Assembly (NCBI GenBank): GCA_020346465.1
Contig: CP070783.1
Span: 1,758,672-1,773,907 of the forward strand
Source: Deltaproteobacteria bacterium
GTDB taxonomy: Bacteria; Desulfobacterota; Deferrimicrobia; Deferrimicrobiales; Deferrimicrobiaceae
Direction: 5' to 3'
DNA: 15,236 nt
The position numbers were made by a program, and so were the translations under genes. Position 1 is the first letter of the stretch. Each line of letters starts with the position of its first letter. This document shows, piece after piece, positions 7,720 through 14,947 of the stretch. The notes under the pieces are model-generated. The model searched no databases. It was not told where the DNA came from and saw only the letters and a program-made list of their open reading frames with translations.

Positions 7720-8336
7720 CGAGAAAGGTTATCGCGATGTCCCCGAAAGACACGGTGCGGGACGCCAATCGGGTTCTCCAGGAAAACAGGATTCATCACC
7801 TCCCTGTGGTCGAGGGAGGGGAACTCGTGGGCATCGTCTCGGACACGGATCTCCGGAAATGGATTCTCAGGGAGGAAAAGGTCAACGAGGGGGGCACGGT
7901 GTCCCGGAGGATCGGGCTCATGGAAGAGATCATGACCCGCGACGTGATCACCATGAGTCCGGAGGACACGATCGAGGATGCCCTGCTGATCCTTCACAAA
8001 AAGCGGTTCGGGGCTCTCCCGGTGGTGGAAGGGCGGAAGCTGGTGGGGATCATCACCAAGGCGGACATCCTCGCCGCGTTCGTCGACACCCTCCGCATCG
8101 AGGGGATCGGAGGGGTCCGGATCGAGGTTCTCCTGCCCCGGGACCCGGCCTACCTCCTCCGGCTGATCGGGACGCTGGGGGAGATGAAGATCGAGATCCG
8201 GAGCCTGGTGCTGTCCCCCTTCCGGGAGGAGTTCGCGGCGTTTTTACGGATCGGAACGATCGACGTGTCGACCGTGAAGGCCCGGCTGAGGAATACCGGA
8301 TTCCGGGTGCCGGAACTCGAAGATTTTCTCGGGTGA
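7698..8336 (+). CDS. CBS-pair plus C-terminal ACT-like domain protein (AcuB-like)
   Basis: Two CBS motifs (MSPKDTVRDANRVLQENRIHHLPVV...GIVSDTDL and MSPEDTIEDALLILHKKRFGALPVV...GIITKADIL) are followed by a beta-alpha-beta regulatory-type segment. ATG 7698 has GGAAGGAG 6-7 nt upstream. It overlaps the HDAC gene's end by 22 nt. ATG 7716 would give an ATGA overlap instead. Confidence 0.8.
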   Translation: MYVGKRMTRKVIAMSPKDTVRDANRVLQENRIHHLPVVEGGELVGIVSDTDLRKWILREEKVNEGGTVSRRIGLMEEIMTRDVITMSPEDTIEDALLILHKKRFGALPVVEGRKLVGIITKADILAAFVDTLRIEGIGGVRIEVLLPRDPAYLLRLIGTLGEMKIEIRSLVLSPFREEFAAFLRIGTIDVSTVKARLRNTGFRVPELEDFLG

Positions 8337-8356
8337 CCCGCGCCGGTCCCGGTCCG

Positions 8357-8680
8357 TCAGCCCTCCCCGTTGCCGATCGCGAGCTCCAGCAGGAGCCTCC
8401 GCGCCTCCGGCTCGTCGTCCCTGCCGACCTGGATCTCCGCCGTGCCGACGCGGAACAGGTCCTGCAGCACCTCCCCTTTGACGAAATGCCTGATCCCGGC
8501 GGACGCAAGGATCGATTTCACCATCGCGAGGAGGATGGGGTTTCCCGTTTTCATCACGGTGACGTACTCCACGTACTCCGGCTGGGGCGTTTCCGGCAGC
8601 TCGGGCACCAGCGGCACCCTGCAGTCGGGGCAGACGTGGATCCCCTCGATGTATTCGGCTCCGCATTCCGTGCAGACCAT
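8357..8680 (-). CDS. Small protein with an N-terminal CxxC...CxxC zinc ribbon and a DUF2007-like (putative signal-transducing) domain
   Basis: 107-aa ORF. MVCTECGAEYIEGIHVCPDCRVPL gives a Cys4 ribbon. The C-terminal segment PILLAMVKSILASAGIRHFVKGEV resembles DUF2007. ATG 8680 with AGGA upstream. Convergent with the CBS gene, with only a 20-nt gap. Confidence 0.5.
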   Translation of the reverse strand: MVCTECGAEYIEGIHVCPDCRVPLVPELPETPQPEYVEYVTVMKTGNPILLAMVKSILASAGIRHFVKGEVLQDLFRVGTAEIQVGRDDEPEARRLLLELAIGNGEG

Positions 8681-8711
8681 ACCATCCTACTGTACTCCAA
8701 CTCCCCCCCCC

Positions 8712-8740
8712 TTGACACGAATCCGGCCCGCCCCTATGGT
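8712..8740 (+). promoter_or_regulatory. Near-consensus sigma70-type promoter (TTGACA-N17-TATGGT) upstream of the SPFH gene
   Basis: TTGACA at 8712-8717, a 17-nt spacer and TATGGT at 8735-8740. The predicted TSS near 8747 gives a 5' UTR of about 155 nt before the ATG at 8903. Confidence 0.5.
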
Positions 8741-8902
8741 GAGGGGAGCGACGACGAAGATGCGCGCGGACGTCGGCTCCGTTTCGCGGTACCCGCGGCT
8801 TCAGGCCCTTTTCCCCAAACCCTTTTGGATGGTCCGGTGGGAAGGTGAATGAACGATTCATCCGTGGAATCCGCATCTTCCATTCCCTGACAGGAGGCTG
8901 CC

Positions 8903-9751
8903 ATGCAGGAATTCGAAATGAAAAGGACGGTAAAACAGGCCGGCAAGCGGGTGGCGCTCGGGTTTGTCGTGCTGGCCGCGGTGTTCATCCTTCTCATCAT
9001 GAACCCCTTCGTGAAGATCGGCGCGGGGGAGCGGGGAGTCCTGCTCAACTTCGGGGCGGTCCAGCAGGACGTCCTGGGGGAAGGGTTGCACCTCAGGATC
9101 CCGATCATGCAGACCATCGTGAAGATGGACGTCAAGATCCAGAAGTCGGAAACCCGGTCGGAAGCGGCGAGCAAGGATCTCCAGGACATCAAGTCGGTCA
9201 TCGCGCTGAACTACCACATCATCCCGGACAAGGCCAACTGGGTCTACCAGAACATCGGGGTGGAGTTCAAGGAGAGGATCATCGACCCGTCCGTCCAGGA
9301 GGCCGTGAAGGCGGTGACGGCGAAGTACACCGCGGTCCAGCTGATCGGCGAGCGGGAGGCCGTAAGCACCGCGATCAAGGAATCCCTGAGCGAGAAGCTC
9401 ACCGGGTACAACCTGTTCGTGGACGGGTTCTCGGTCATCGATTTCAGCTTCTCCAAGAAGTTCACCGATGCGATCGAGTCGAAGCAGGAGGCGGAGCAGT
9501 TTGCCTTGAGGGCGCAGAGGGACCTGGAGAGGATCCGCATCGAGGCGGAGCAGAAGGTGGCCCAGGCGAAGGCGGAGGCCGAATCGCTGCGGCTCCAGAA
9601 GGCGCAGATCACGCCGGCGCTGATCGAGCTCCGGAAGATCGAGGCGATGCGGGAGGCGATCGCCAAGTGGAACGGAACCGTCCCGAACGTGCTCCTTTCG
9701 GGAGGGGGCGCGACCCCGCTCCTCAGCCTGGACGGACTGATGAAGAAATAG
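8903..9751 (+). CDS. SPFH/band-7 (prohibitin/stomatin-like) membrane protein
   Basis: N-terminal TM helix (LGFVVLAAVFILLIM), then the SPFH core (GERGVLLNFGAVQQDVLGEGLHLRIPIMQTIVKMDVKIQ...) and a C-terminal coiled coil (EQFALRAQRDLERIRIEAEQKVAQAKAEAESLRLQKAQ). GGAGG sits 7 nt upstream of the ATG. Confidence 0.9.
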   Translation: MQEFEMKRTVKQAGKRVALGFVVLAAVFILLIMNPFVKIGAGERGVLLNFGAVQQDVLGEGLHLRIPIMQTIVKMDVKIQKSETRSEAASKDLQDIKSVIALNYHIIPDKANWVYQNIGVEFKERIIDPSVQEAVKAVTAKYTAVQLIGEREAVSTAIKESLSEKLTGYNLFVDGFSVIDFSFSKKFTDAIESKQEAEQFALRAQRDLERIRIEAEQKVAQAKAEAESLRLQKAQITPALIELRKIEAMREAIAKWNGTVPNVLLSGGGATPLLSLDGLMKK

Positions 9752-9857
9752 CCCGCCGGCTGCGGTTTCCGCACGCGGCCGTCCGCGGTGAACAGATCCA
9801 GCGCCGGGATCCGGAGCCCGTAATAGTAGAGGATGTGGGCGACCCCCAGGGCGATCA

Positions 9858-10001
9858 GCCCCGGCGGGCCGCGGCGATGTCCAGATCGGTGACCGAAAAG
9901 AGCACCGTGGAGGCGAGGGCCAGCGCCCCCAGCGCGATCAGCTCGGGTGCCCAGAACCTTCGGTAGGCTGCGATCGGACCGCCGGGGGAGCTCAAGGGCA
10001 A
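9858..10001 (-). pseudogene. Possible frameshifted remnant of a small membrane-protein gene (minus strand, 9760-10060)
   Basis: Two minus-strand frames give adjacent hydrophobic segments. One is FWAPELIALGALALASTVLFSVTDLDIAAARRG, ending at the TGA at 9857..9855. The +1 frame immediately continues PGLIALGVAHILYYYGLRIPALDLF. The repeated LIALG motif suggests an internally duplicated TM protein disrupted by a 1-nt frameshift near 9860-9880. It has no clean start or stop. Confidence 0.2.
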
Positions 10002-10136
10002 CTCCTGCCAAAACGTCAGGAAGGGATCCCACGAAGCGTCCTTGTTGATTTACCATACCATAGGAGCCGGCGACCGCCGAAACGCGGGCGGGAAGGTGGC
10101 CGCACTTCACCGAGGATGGAGACGGAGGGTTCGACC

Positions 10137-11258
10137 ATGAACGGTCTCGTCTGCCAGTCGTGCGCGGCGACGTACCCGATGAGCGACCCGAGGTGGCGGT
10201 GCGGCTGCGGCGGTCTCCTCGATGTCCGCTTCCGGGCCCGGTTCGACAAGGAAGCGATCGCCGGGCGGCAGCCGACGATGTGGCGGTACCGGGAGGCTCT
10301 GCCGATCGACGAGGACGCCAACGTCGTCTCCTTCGGGGAGGGGATGACGCCGATGGTGCCGGTCGACCTCGGACCGGGGAGGCCTCTTCTCAAGCTCGAG
10401 CAGCTCTTCCCGACGGGGTCGTACAAGGACCGCGGGGCCGCCGTGCTCGTGAGCAAGGCGAAGGAGCTGGGAATCGCGAGGGTCGTCGAGGACTCCTCGG
10501 GGAACGCCGGCTGCGCCATCGCCGCCTATGCGGCAAGGGCGGGCATCGCGTGCGAGATCCTCGTGCCCGAAAGCGCTTCCCCGGGAAAGCTCACCCAGAT
10601 CCTTCTCTACGGCGCCTCCCTGCGAAGGGTCCCCGGATCCCGGGAGGACACGGCGGCTGCGGCCCTCGCGGCGGCGGAGACGACCTACTACGCGAGCCAC
10701 TCCTGGAACCCCTTCTTCTTCCAGGGGACGAAGACGTTCGCCTACGAGGTCTGGGAGCAGCTCGCATTCCGCGCCCCGGACGCGCTCCTGCTGCCCGCGG
10801 GAAACGGGACGCTCCTGATCGGCTCCTATATCGGGTTCCGGGAGTTGAGGGAGAACGGCCTGGTCGACCGGATCCCCCGCCACATCGCGGTGCAGGCGGA
10901 GAACTGCGCCCCCCTCCTTGCCATGTTCCGGGACGGCCTGGACGCCGTCCCGGCGATCGAAACCCGGGAGACGATCGCGGAGGGGGTTGCCATCGCCGCC
11001 CCGGTCCGGGGGAGGGAGATCGTCGACATCGTCCGGGAGACGGGGGGCGAGGTGCTCGCGGTGTCCGACGCGGAAGTGGAGAGCGCCCTGGTCCTCCTGG
11101 GGCGAAAAGGCCTCTACGTGGAGCCGACCTCCGCCCTTCCGGTGGCGGCATTCCTCAGGTTCCCCGGAGTTCGATCCGGCACCGTCGTTATCCCTCTGAC
11201 GGGGCACGGCCTCAAGGCAAATGAAAAGATGGGGATGCTCGCGTCTCCCGGCCGCTAG
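10137..11258 (+). CDS. thrC: Threonine synthase (PLP-dependent, fold type II) with an N-terminal Cys4 zinc-ribbon
   Basis: FPTGSYKDRGAAVLVSKAKELG (PLP lysine), VEDSSGNAGCAIAAYAARAGI and the GNGT loop are ThrC-family signatures. The N-terminus CQSCAATY...RWRCGCGG is a zinc ribbon. ATG 10137 has GGAGGG 7-8 nt upstream. The table's ATG 10116 has no spacing to its SD. Cysteate synthase and other ThrC paralogues cannot be excluded. Confidence 0.8.
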   Translation: MNGLVCQSCAATYPMSDPRWRCGCGGLLDVRFRARFDKEAIAGRQPTMWRYREALPIDEDANVVSFGEGMTPMVPVDLGPGRPLLKLEQLFPTGSYKDRGAAVLVSKAKELGIARVVEDSSGNAGCAIAAYAARAGIACEILVPESASPGKLTQILLYGASLRRVPGSREDTAAAALAAAETTYYASHSWNPFFFQGTKTFAYEVWEQLAFRAPDALLLPAGNGTLLIGSYIGFRELRENGLVDRIPRHIAVQAENCAPLLAMFRDGLDAVPAIETRETIAEGVAIAAPVRGREIVDIVRETGGEVLAVSDAEVESALVLLGRKGLYVEPTSALPVAAFLRFPGVRSGTVVIPLTGHGLKANEKMGMLASPGR

Positions 11259-11357
11259 CCGGAAAATCCCCGAATCCTGCAACCCGATCCCGTTGTGCGG
11301 AATCTTTCAAGAGATAAAAGGAATGCGTTCCGATCACCGAAAAGGAGGATATTGGAG

Positions 11358-11951
11358 ATGCGACGGATTGCGATCATCATGGTTTCGGCGTTTTTCCTGG
11401 CGCTTCCGGCGGCGGTTCCCGCGGGGACGTGGGAACTGGACACGGCGCACTCGGGAGTCCACTTCAAGGTGCGCCACCTGATGGTTTCCTACGTGCGGGG
11501 AGATTTCGAGAAGATCTCGGGGAGGATCGTCTACGACGAAAAGGATATCTCCCGGTCGTCGGCGGACATCACCATCGAGGCCGCCTCCATCAACACCCGC
11601 GTGGCAAAGCGCGACGACCACCTGAGGAGCCCCGATTTTCTGGACGCCGCAAAGTACCCCGTCATCACCTTCAAGTCGAAGAGGGTGGAGAAAGCCGGCG
11701 ACGGGAGACTGAAGATGACGGGGGATCTGACGATCCGCGGGGTGACCCGGGAGGTGGTGCTCGACGTCCAGGGGCCGGCTCCTCCGATCAAGGATCTCGA
11801 GGGAAAAACGAGGGTGGGGGGATCTGCGACCACGAAGATCGACAGGAAGGATTTCGGGCTGACCTGGAACAAGGCGATCGAAAGCGGCGGGGTCGTCGTG
11901 GGCGACGAGGTGGAGATCACCATCGACGTGGAGGTGGTCAAAGACGCCTAG
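11358..11951 (+). CDS. YceI-family periplasmic (polyisoprenoid-binding) protein with signal peptide
   Basis: AAAGGAGGA sits 8 nt upstream of ATG 11358. The signal peptide is MRRIAIIMVSAFFLALPAAVPA. The YceI core is WELDTAHSGVHFKVRHLMVSYVRGDF...ITFKSKRV...GDLTIRGVTREVVLD...DRKDFGLTWN. Confidence 0.85.
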   Translation: MRRIAIIMVSAFFLALPAAVPAGTWELDTAHSGVHFKVRHLMVSYVRGDFEKISGRIVYDEKDISRSSADITIEAASINTRVAKRDDHLRSPDFLDAAKYPVITFKSKRVEKAGDGRLKMTGDLTIRGVTREVVLDVQGPAPPIKDLEGKTRVGGSATTKIDRKDFGLTWNKAIESGGVVVGDEVEITIDVEVVKDA

Positions 11952-11972
11952 GCTCCCTGTGCGCAGAGTGGA

Positions 11973-12003
11973 GGGCGGGGAAACCCCCGCCCGCCGCCCT
12001 TTT
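11973..12003 (+). terminator. GC-rich hairpin (8-bp stem GGGCGGGG/CCCCGCCC, loop AAAC) followed 7 nt later by TTTT; possible terminator between convergent genes
   Basis: Stem 11973-11980 pairs with 11985-11992. The T-run 12000-12003 is separated from the stem, so this is a weak intrinsic terminator at best. Confidence 0.3.
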
Positions 12004-12059
12004 CTACACCCCCGCCCCGGACCGGCGGCGGAAAGAAGGTCAGGCGCCCGCGGAGCTTC

Positions 12060-12293
12060 TTACACTTCGAGGCAGAACATGGTGTGGCTGTCCCGGACCC
12101 CGGACAGCGGCCGGATCTTGTCGTAGACGGTCTTGATGACCGCCTCGGAGCTTCCCCCGTAGACCGTGGCCACCACTTCATACAGGCCGCTCACGAGACA
12201 GACCCCCTCCACCCCGTCGATCTTTTTGAGCCCCTGGGCGACTTTCCGGTCCTTCCCCGGATCCGTTCCAACGAGCACGATCGCTTTCGCCAT
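12060..12293 (-). CDS. Stand-alone Lrp/AsnC-family C-terminal (RAM/ligand-binding) domain protein
   Basis: The 77-aa sequence MAKAIVLVGTDPGKDRKVAQGLKKIDGVEGVCLVSGLYEVVATVYGGSSEAVIKTVYDKIRPLSGVRDSHT matches the beta-alpha-beta-beta-alpha-beta RAM domain of Lrp/AsnC regulators, without an HTH. GGGGAGGGAG sits 5-6 nt upstream of ATG 12293. Confidence 0.7.
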   Translation of the reverse strand: MAKAIVLVGTDPGKDRKVAQGLKKIDGVEGVCLVSGLYEVVATVYGGSSEAVIKTVYDKIRPLSGVRDSHTMFCLEV

Positions 12294-12470
12294 GCCGGCT
12301 CCCTCCCCTGGAAAAGGTATGCAACGGGTGGAACGAACGATCTGTTTTCCGGATACCCCCTTATCCTGTTCCTGTCAACGGATATGTTCCCGCGCCAGGG
12401 AGGGGAAGATCGATATCCCCGGTGGCCCGTCCCGGAAGCCTCCCGCACGATTTTCTTGTAGAGTAAAGGG

Positions 12471-13034
12471 ATGCCGGAACGGACTGTCCTGCGCCATGCC
12501 GTGTTCCTGGCGGCTCTCTTTGCCGCCGCGGTGCTTGCGGGCGCCCTGGCGCCGCCGTCGTTCCGCGGTGAGCTGGTCGAGACCTTTCTGGCTCTCGTCG
12601 GTCCCGGGTTCGACCTGCCCGGAGGTGAGCTGTTCCTGCTCATTCTCCTGAACAACACGGTCGGGGCGCTCCTCGTTCTCCTGTTCGGCTTGCTGTTCGG
12701 CGTTCTCCCGGTGCTGTCCGTGGCGGGGAACGGTCTGCTCCTGGGGGTGATCTATCGCCATGCAGGCGGGATTGCGGGCTACGGGAAGGCGGCGCTCGGG
12801 ATTCTCCCGCACGGAATATTCGAGATCCTCGCGCTCCTGGTCGCGGCGTCGCACGGGATGTGGCTCGGGGCGGCGTTTCTCCGGAGGATCCGCCGCCAGG
12901 AACAGGAACCGCTGGGGGGAAAGGTGGTGCATGCCGTCCGGAGATATTTCGCCATCGCGTTTCCGCTCTTCGTCATCGCCGCCGCGATCGAGACGGCGAC
13001 GATCCTCTGGTTCCCGCACACCCTCCCTTTTTAA
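12471..13034 (+). CDS. SpoIIM/DUF95-family integral membrane protein
   Basis: Multi-TM protein with the hallmark ILPHGIFEILALLVAASHG motif of the stage II sporulation protein M / DUF95 family. Stops (TAG, TAA) lie immediately upstream of ATG 12471. The RBS is weak. Confidence 0.7.
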   Translation: MPERTVLRHAVFLAALFAAAVLAGALAPPSFRGELVETFLALVGPGFDLPGGELFLLILLNNTVGALLVLLFGLLFGVLPVLSVAGNGLLLGVIYRHAGGIAGYGKAALGILPHGIFEILALLVAASHGMWLGAAFLRRIRRQEQEPLGGKVVHAVRRYFAIAFPLFVIAAAIETATILWFPHTLPF

Positions 13035-13055
13035 TACCCGTCCCGGGGACGTTCC

Positions 13056-13100
13056 GTTCCGGTACGGAAACGGCTGGTTCCTTCCCGGCCGTACCGGAAC
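13056..13100. promoter_or_regulatory. Perfect 12-bp inverted repeat GTTCCGGTACGG-N21-CCGTACCGGAAC; candidate operator/regulator binding site upstream of the SOUL lipoprotein gene
   Basis: 13056-13067 is the exact reverse complement of 13089-13100. It is flanked by a GTTCC direct repeat and a CCCGGGG palindrome. It lies in the 206-bp intergenic region, about 140 nt upstream of ATG 13241. No T-run follows, so it is unlikely to be a terminator. Confidence 0.35.
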
Positions 13101-13240
13101 GCCGCCCGGCATCCCGGCGGTGTTGTCGCTCCCTCCCGCCGGGTGCATGGGGTACATTCCGCACAAGCATGGGGAGAGAAATCCCTGCCGCACGAAACCC
13201 CCTTCCTTTCCCTGCGTCCCAAAAGCATGGAAGGAAAACC

Positions 13241-13864
13241 ATGGCAAAGATGGCGGCCACGAAAATCGTCGTCGCGGCTGCCGCGCTGATTTCGGCAGCA
13301 GGGTGCGCCTCGGTGTCCACGCCTCGATACGCCCTTCTCTCGGAAGAGAAGGGATACGAGATCCGGGAATACGGCGGCTACATCGTCGCGGAAACCACCG
13401 TGCCCGGTCCCTACCGCGATGCGATGTACGCGGGGTTCCGGATCCTCTTCGACTACATCTCGGGGAACAACGAAGCCGCGCAGAAGGTCGAGATGACGGC
13501 TCCGGTCCTCGAGGAAAGACCGGTTGCGATCGCGATGACCGCACCCGTCCTCCAGGAGCAGGAGGCCGACAGCGAGCGCCACACGGTCGCGTTCATCGCG
13601 CCGGAAGGGTACACCCTGGATACGATCCCCGTCCCGAAGGACCCGAGGGTCCGGATCCGCGAGGTCCCCGCCCACAAGGTTGCGGCGCTGCGGTTCGGCG
13701 GATGGGCCGACGCGGAGAAGGTGCGGCACAGGAGCTCAGAACTCAAGAAGATGCTGGAACGGGACGGCAGGACGGTCCTTTCCCCGTTTCGATCGGCCCA
13801 GTACAACCCCCCCTGGACGCCGCCCCCGTTCCGGAGGAACGAGATCCTCGTGGAGATCGAATAG
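13241..13864 (+). CDS. SOUL/HBP heme-binding-family lipoprotein
   Basis: Lipoprotein signal MAKMAATKIVVAAAALISAAGC (lipobox ISAAG|C). The SOUL-family core is YEIREYGGYIVAETTV...YAGFRILFDYISGNN...MTAPV...HTVAFIAP...VAALRFGGWA...LSPFRSAQYNPPWTPPPFRRNEILVEI. GGAAGG sits 6-7 nt upstream. The table ORF 12860..13864 is over-extended. Confidence 0.8.
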   Translation: MAKMAATKIVVAAAALISAAGCASVSTPRYALLSEEKGYEIREYGGYIVAETTVPGPYRDAMYAGFRILFDYISGNNEAAQKVEMTAPVLEERPVAIAMTAPVLQEQEADSERHTVAFIAPEGYTLDTIPVPKDPRVRIREVPAHKVAALRFGGWADAEKVRHRSSELKKMLERDGRTVLSPFRSAQYNPPWTPPPFRRNEILVEIE

Positions 13865-13971
13865 CCCGCAGCCGGGTTCCGGGATTTCGGTTTGCGGGTT
13901 GAACCGGCCGGCCCCCCCCGGGAATCCAAGAGGAACCGGATCGACGCTGCATCACACCGAGGAGGCCCGCC

Positions 13972-14508
13972 GTGAAAAAAACCGTTTCCCTCATCGCTTC
14001 CGTTCTGTTGTTTGCCGTTTCTCCTGCGTTTGCCGACAGCAGCGGGAAGGCCGGTCTTGCACAGGCCAAGCAGGTTGCCGGCAAATGGCAACCGGATGCG
14101 GCCCTCACCCGCATCGGCACCCCCGGCGCCAATGCGGGCGGCACCGCCCGGCTCTGGCAGTACGATTTCTATTCACCGAAAAGCCGCAAATGCGCCCGGA
14201 TCCAGATCGTGACGGACACTCCCCCCAAGTTGAGCGAATTCCGCTCGTGCGTCGACAACAAACCGATCTCCGGCGATTTCGTGGACAGCCCCGCCGCGAT
14301 CGCTGAGGCGACGAAGAACGGGTTCAAGCCGGGAGACCTCGTGACGATGACCCTCGACTATTCCAAGGACAGGAAACTCAAACCCGCGCGGGAATGCTGG
14401 ACCGTGAGCAGCGACAACGATTTCGACCCCGGCGCCGCAAGAATCCGCGGCTGGTGCGTGGACCCCAAGACCGGGAAATTCGTCATGCGGCTTTCGGGCG
14501 AGAGGTGA
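13972..14508 (+). CDS. Secreted hypothetical protein (signal peptide; no recognised domain)
   Basis: GTG start 13972 with GGAGG 6 nt upstream. The signal peptide is MKKTVSLIASVLLFAVSPAFA|DS. Four Cys residues in the mature part. GC content is noticeably lower than in the upstream genes. Confidence 0.55.
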   Translation: MKKTVSLIASVLLFAVSPAFADSSGKAGLAQAKQVAGKWQPDAALTRIGTPGANAGGTARLWQYDFYSPKSRKCARIQIVTDTPPKLSEFRSCVDNKPISGDFVDSPAAIAEATKNGFKPGDLVTMTLDYSKDRKLKPARECWTVSSDNDFDPGAARIRGWCVDPKTGKFVMRLSGER

Positions 14509-14634
14509 GATGGATAATCCGCGTCGGATGGAAGGCAAGGAAGCGGTGCCGGACGCCCGCGCAACCAAGTGACGCAAGGGTAGGGCAGCTGGAAAAGGGA
14601 GGCTGCGGAACCTTGTGATATGAAATGGGAAGTG

Positions 14635-14679
14635 TGGAACCGACGGGCGGGATTGAACCGGCAACCCGCTGATTACGAA
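14635..14679 (-). other. 3' fragment of a tRNA (anticodon loop U-CGU-AA, variable loop, T-arm GCCGG-TTCAATC-CCGCC, acceptor 3' strand, discriminator, CCA); not a complete tRNA; candidate att-site direct repeat of an integrated element
   Basis: Minus-strand sequence 5'-TTCGTAATCAGCGGGTTGCCGGTTCAATCCCGCCCGTCGGTTCCA-3' has a canonical T-loop (TTCAATC), a 5-bp T-stem with one C-C mismatch, a 7-nt acceptor 3' strand and CCA. Upstream sequence cannot form the anticodon-stem 5' strand, the D-arm or the acceptor 5' strand. GC content drops from about 68% to about 50% immediately to the right, from about 14700. Confidence 0.45.
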
Positions 14680-14947
14680 ACGCTATCGGCCCATCCGTAA
14701 ATATACGCCAGTCAAGGATTTCCAAGGGTTGCCGGGATTCATGACGGTCAAACCGTGACAAAACGGGGCAATGTATACACGAAAAATGCGAGTAACTGAG
14801 GACTGATTCACCTCTTCCCGGGGATAGGGGCTGCAGCCCGACAAGGAGTCATCCTGCACCGCTTTCCCCCGGATTACCCTTGCAGGTCTAAGTCGGCAGG
14901 GCAGCCGTTGGCTTCTGCCTGTTGATAGGTGGCTGTTCAGGAATGTT

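Noticed and set aside
9752-9790. Intrinsic terminator after the SPFH gene (CGCGG-CCGT-CCGCG hairpin)
   Set aside because: The stem is only 5 bp and no U-run follows. It is not distinguishable from background palindromes in GC-rich DNA.
8845-9966. 373-aa plus ORF, and minus ORFs 8734..9201, 8858..9217, 9244..10110 overlapping the SPFH gene
   Set aside because: The SPFH frame has a strong family match and RBS. The others are composition-driven open frames.
10107-11282. 391-aa minus ORF and 354-aa plus ORF (10160..11224) overlapping thrC
   Set aside because: The thrC frame carries the PLP-lysine motif SYKDRG. The alternatives are R/G/P-rich and motif-free.
14600-14725. Complete tRNA gene on the minus strand
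   Set aside because: Only the 3' ~45 nt fold as tRNA. Sequence upstream cannot pair with the acceptor 3' strand (needs ACCGACG-like) or form the anticodon-stem 5' strand or the D-arm. It is therefore called a fragment or att repeat, not a tRNA.
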